NCBI GenBank assembly: GCA_964016885.1
Contig: CAXHJY010000411.1
Coordinates: 1 to 14,805, forward strand
From: Eledone cirrhosa
Lineage: Eukaryota
Length of the DNA: 14,805 nt
Reading direction: 5' to 3'
The notes below the pieces were generated by a model. That model was given only the letters and a program-made list of their open reading frames with translations, did not search any database and had not been told where the DNA came from. The translations under genes were made by a program, and so were the position numbers. How positions within the stretch are numbered: the stretch's first letter is position 1; each line of letters starts with the position of its first letter. Below, one piece after another: positions 10,537 through 14,805 of the stretch.

Positions 10537-11024
10537 TGAATATTTTATGCGTGTATGTACCTGTGTGCGTTCTGTATGTATACATGAGTGTATGAGTGTA
10601 TACGTATGTATATATATAAATGTGTGAGTGTATAGATATATAGAAATATATCTGTATATATAGATATAAATATTATATAGATATAGAGATGTTATATATA
10701 TATATATATAGAGAGATATTTCATATCTCTCTCTCTCGCTCTCTCTCTCTATATATATATATAGTAACAAGTATGACCCCGACGGCAGAGCTCAAGCCGT
10801 TTCGACGGCTAATTCTGGACAAGAGAGAGAGAGAGAGATATGAAATATATATATATATATATATAACATCTCTATATCTATATAATATTTATATCTATAT
10901 ATATATATATATATATATTTCTATATATCTATACACTCACACACTTATATATATATACATACGTATACACTCATACACTTATATATATATGCACACACAT
11001 ACATATACACATATAAAATATTCA
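10537..11024. repeat. Inverted duplication of ~200 bp of low-complexity DNA (10537-~10750 versus 10821-11024)
   Basis: tgaatattttat/ataaaatattca, tgagtgtatacgtatgtata/tatacatacgtatacactca and atatagatatagagatgttat/ataacatctctatatctatat occur in mirrored order. Confidence 0.85.
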
Positions 11025-11161
11025 GTCCAGAATTAGCCGTCGAAACGGCTTGAGCTCTGCCGTCGGGGGTCATACTCGTTTCTATTACCCACTCTACTAC
11101 CCTAAGTATTGAGTACTTTGGTGCGTTATGGTCCACCTGGTTCCTTACCACATTTCCTTCG

Positions 11162-11163
<2 letters not shown>
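10764..11163. repeat. Unclassified element A, copy 2: inverted 57-bp arm (10764-10820) and body (11025-11163)
   Basis: Same sequence family as 9774-9970; the arms are separated by the inverted duplication. Confidence 0.88.
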
Positions 11164-11210
<47 letters not shown>

Positions 11211-11325
11211 GAGATATTATACACACATATATATATATATAATATATATGTGTGTATATCCGTAAATATATTATTAATAAATGGGCTGATCTTGCCTTTT
11301 CTGGTGCTTCTGTGACCTGTGAACA

Positions 11326-11361
<36 letters not shown>

Positions 11362-11374
11362 ATATGTGTGTGTG

Positions 11375-11418
<44 letters not shown>

Positions 11419-11506
11419 TGTGTGTGTATATATGTGTGTGTGTGTGTATATATGTGTGTGTGTGTGTGTGTGTATATATATGTGTGTGTGTATATATATG
11501 TGTATG

Positions 11507-11591
<85 letters not shown>

Positions 11592-11612
11592 GTGCATGTA
11601 TGTATATATATA
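11164..11612. repeat. (TA)n, (TG)n and (CA)n microsatellites
   Basis: Direct reading. Confidence 0.95.
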
Positions 11613-12059
11613 TTTAGGGATGTTTATGTTGCCAACAAAAAGAAAGACACACAAAAACACACAGGATTTTCACTTCATCTCTATCACTAGTTATTTGTTA
11701 GTACGTTAAAGTTCTTTCGTCACACATTCTGTAACCTCCTCAGTGAGGAGGAGACGGTGTGGCGGTCAAATTTCTCAAATTCCTGGGTAGAGAGAGACGC
11801 TGGTGGTGGTGGTGGTATGGAGGGTGGGTGGGTTTCTGATTATATCCCGAGGGGTTGTCAGGACGTATGTGATTACCAGGAGTGGTTGTTGTTTTTTTTG
11901 TTTTTTTTTCAAATGGAGGGTACTTTATGTCCTCCACCCCGAGTGGAGGCACGGGGGTGCGGTGGAGGGATATGGTGGTGGTGGTGGGGTGCTGTGTGTG
12001 TATGGTGAAGCTTTTTTCAAACGGAGGGTATTTTCTGCCCCAGGGTGGTGATTTTCGGG

Positions 12060-12372
12060 GTGGTATAATGGTTGTAGTGGTGGTGGTAGTGGTGGTGATG
12101 GTGGTGGTAGTTGTGGTGGTGGTAGTTGCACTGGTGGTGGTGTAGTGGTGGTGGTGGTAGTAGTAGTTGCAGTGGTAGTAGTTGTAGTAGTAGAAATAGT
12201 AGTGGTACTAGTGGTGGCAGTGATAGTGGTGGTGGTAGTTGCACTGGTGGTGGTGTAGTGGTGGTGGTGGTAGTAGTAGTTGCAGTGGTAGTAGTTGTGG
12301 TAGTAGTAGTAATAGTAGTGGTGGTAGTGGTAGTAGTGGTAGTAGTAGTGATAGTAGTAGTAGTAGTAGTGG
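12060..12372. repeat. (GGT/AGT)n trinucleotide tract with an internal direct duplication (about 12114-12194 and 12227-12307)
   Basis: Direct reading; ORFs 12126 and 12239 begin with identical sequence. Confidence 0.93.
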
Positions 12373-12427
12373 GGGAGTGCTGTGTATAGGTAGGGTAGGT
12401 TTTTTTTTTCAAACGAACGGAAGGGTA

Positions 12428-12493
12428 GATTTACCTACACCCCCAACCCACCCCACCCCACCCCACCCGGGTGGGGTGGGGTGTAGGTAAATC
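12428..12493. repeat. GC-rich palindrome/hairpin
   Basis: GATTTACCTACACCCC...GGGGTGTAGGTAAATC, with central CCCCACCCCACCC|GGGTGGGGTGGGG. Confidence 0.9.
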
Positions 12494-12679
12494 CTCGATC
12501 CTCAATGGTCTGGGGAGTGACATGGTAGTTATACTGCGCACTCCTGGCTGGTGTGTGATGGGTGGATGAGAACGGTGCAGTGTTAACAGCAGCAAGGTCT
12601 TACCGGCAACTGTGCTTCGAGGACAGATTAGTGCAGTTTTGTGCATTCGCAGTAAAAGTGCATCGCGTGACATGCACCG

Positions 12680-12724
12680 TGTGAATGTATGTGTGTGTAT
12701 TGGAGAGTGTGTGCGCGCGTGTGA

Positions 12725-12801
<77 letters not shown>

Positions 12802-13020
12802 TGTGTGTGTGTGTGAATATATGTGTATTAGCGTGTGTGTGTGTGTGAATATATGTGTGTGTGAATATATGTGTGTGTGTGTGAATATGTGTGTGTGTGA
12901 ATATATATGTGTGTGTGTGAATATGTGTGTGTGTGTGAATATATGTGTGTGTGTGTGAATATGTGTGTGTGTGTGTGAATATATGTGTGTATATATAGAA
13001 GTGTGTATATAGAAGTGTGT
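12680..13020. repeat. (TG)n microsatellite with periodic GAATAT interruptions
   Basis: Direct reading. Confidence 0.95.
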
Positions 13021-13156
13021 ATTACTGGTACTTTATTTTATCGACCCCGTAAGGATGAAAGGCAAAGTTAACCTCGGCGGGATTTGAACTCAGAACACAG
13101 TAAAGGGACGTAACTCTTTGCTGCAAAGCATGGTGTCCGACCCTCTACCGATACTG
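13021..13156 (-). mobile_element. tRNA-derived SINE 5' half (Pol III head plus Meta-like central domain)
   Basis: Minus strand: cagtatcggtagag (partial A box)...GAGTTCAAATCCC (B box, 13091-13079), then gttaactttgcctttcatccttacggggtcgataaaataaagtaccag. The MetaSINE assignment is from recollection of the domain. Confidence 0.8.
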
Positions 13157-13321
13157 ATGTGTGTGTGTATGTGAGTATGTGTGTATGTGTGTGTGTGTGT
13201 ATGTAAAGGAGGTGAGAATGGTTGATGTGAAATCGTGTCAGCGTTGTGTGTGTGTATATATGTGTGTATATATATATATGTATGTGTATATGTATGTATA
13301 TATGTATATATATATATATGT

Positions 13322-13924
13322 ACCTGTCAGGTCACCAGTTGGTGCTACTGGTAACATGTATCCCAGTACAACCTGTCTCATGGTCGGGTCGTTGGCGACT
13401 AAACTGGCAACCCCACCAAGGTTTCTTGGTGAGGAGGGTGACTTTGGACATCCTGCAGGACTAAAAATAAAACCTGTCAAAGGGCAAAGGAGCTCTTAAG
13501 AGTCAATGGCCACCCAAAATCGCAGGGAGAGATGACCCCTTAGCCTTTGTCAAGGCAGAATTCTAGGAGAAGGAAAACTCTGATATAACACCTGCAACCC
13601 TGATGGTATCCAATGATGTTGACTTGTTCTTCTTTTTGGTAAATATCATCTTGGTTAAGAGAGTGGGACTGGCTTTGTGCAGTGCCTTTGCTCTCTATAA
13701 AAGCTTCACGGCAGAGGCATTGCTTTATATCTGGAGATCTCTCATCTCTCTGCACTTGTCGTCACATGGTACCATGGGCCCAGCACTGTGTGTCAATAAT
13801 TGTCACAAGTGTAGTGTTTGTACCAGAGTTTTCAAGTCGCTGGCTGGACTAAAAAAGTAGGTAGGGGTTCTCCTACATAGATGTAAAGTAGTGGCCGTAC
13901 TCGAAAACGAGTTGGCAGCCACCA
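13322..13924 (+). mobile_element. Non-autonomous RTE-derived element, copy 2 (longer 5' end)
   Basis: Inverted near-copy of 2676-3235 with about 50 extra 5' nt. Contains ctaggagaaggaaaactctga, which resembles RTE 5'UTRs (recollection). The zinc-finger remnant is partly deleted near 13853. The 3' hairpin is followed by (TG/TA)n. Confidence 0.75.
13330..13407 (+). ncRNA. Candidate degenerate HDV-like ribozyme
   Basis: P2 ccagt/actgg, CC and GG available for P1.1, P4 hairpin gtcg-ttgg-cgac overlapping a CTAA J4/2. P1 is weak and P3/L3 is non-canonical. Confidence 0.35.
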
Positions 13925-14805
13925 TGTGTGTGTGTGTATATATGTGTATGCATCCTTCTATGTATGTATGTGTGCATCTATGTATATATATGTGTGTATG
14001 CATGCTTGGGTGTGTGGGTGTATTATAGCTACTTTGATTTATGTATGGTATGGTGTTATTGCTCATATGTGTGTGGGGGCTGGTGTGTGTGTATATGATG
14101 ATGTGTGAGGGGGTTTACTGTGGGTAGGGTGTGGTGCTGTAGGGGGGGGGGGGGGTGTGGTGTGTGTGAGGTGGGTGGTGAGTGTGTGAGGAGTAATGTG
14201 TGAGTGTGTAGTCGATGTGTGTGTAGTGAGTGGGGGTGGGTAGTGTGTGTGTGTGGTATGTAGAGAGTGTATATCTAATAATATAACTATATAATATATG
14301 GTGGATGTATGTGAATTGTACTCTATATATATATACTATCTAACTTGATGGATGTAATATATAGTAGTGGTATGTATGTATGTAATGTATAGTATGTCTG
14401 TGTAGCTGAGGTCTATATATATATCGATATAGCTATCATATATATATAATATATCTATATACTAGTGTGTGTAATGTATGTATGTATGGATATATATATA
14501 TATATTGATGGATGTATGTATATATATATATGTGTGTGTATGCTGCTAGTGTGTGTGTAATGAGTGTGTATGTAGTATGTAGTGTGTGTGTAGTGTGTAG
14601 TGTGTGTGTGTGTGTGTGTAGTGTAGTGTGTGTGTGTATGCTAAGTGTGTGTGTGTAGTGTAGTATGTAGTGGTATGTATATAAGTGTGTGTGTCAGTGT
14701 GTGTGTAGTGTGTGTGTGTGTGTGTGTGGTGTGTGTGGTAGTATGTGTAGTGTACGTGTGTGTGTGTGTGGTGTGTGTGTGTAGTTGTTATAATGGTTGT
14801 GTGTA
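13925..14805. repeat. Degenerate low-complexity (TG/TA/TAG) sequence
   Basis: Direct reading; the periodicity is noisy. Confidence 0.85.

Noticed and set aside
10796-10820. Helitron-like 3' end (hairpin then CTGG) for element A
   Set aside because: The shared terminus extends to CTGGAC, CTGG is not followed by T, and the hairpin-to-end spacing is short.
11025-11050. cagaatta-g-ccgt-c-gaaac as a minimal hammerhead
   Set aside because: There is no CUGANGA core and no supporting stems I and III.
11490-11590. (TG)n abutting (CA)n fold-back
   Set aside because: This is a common outcome in compound microsatellites and involves no unique sequence.
13079-13156. tRNA gene
   Set aside because: Only A/B-box-like motifs are present with no complete cloverleaf, and the sequence continues into the SINE body.

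Overview
Animal (eukaryotic) genomic DNA with no recognisable host gene. The window is a mosaic of (TA)n/(CA)n/(CT)n/(GGT)n microsatellites, minisatellites and retroelements, and almost all ORFs in the supplied track are low-complexity artefacts. The SINE family resembles those I recall from octopod cephalopods (recollection, not a search result). Identifiable elements: (1) a 5'-truncated CR1-group LINE RT region (328-2020, +) broken only by single-base frameshifts; (2) a ~240-bp island (2380-2615, -) carrying a complete type I hammerhead ribozyme with the palindromic stem III typical of Penelope-like elements; (3) two oppositely oriented copies of a ~600-bp non-autonomous RTE-derived element (2676-3235 -, 13322-13924 +) with a partial HDV-like fold at the 5' end and a C2H2 finger remnant at the 3' end; (4) a 5'-truncated RTE LINE end between 14-bp direct repeats, in which an 81-bp coding segment is amplified about 7 times; (5) three tRNA-derived SINE pieces; (6) a TA-flanked MITE; (7) an unidentified ~135-bp element that occurs twice, each time paired with its own inverted ~57-bp terminus. 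The best leads are the ribozyme-bearing short retroelements embedded in (TA)n tracts and the unidentified fold-back element.
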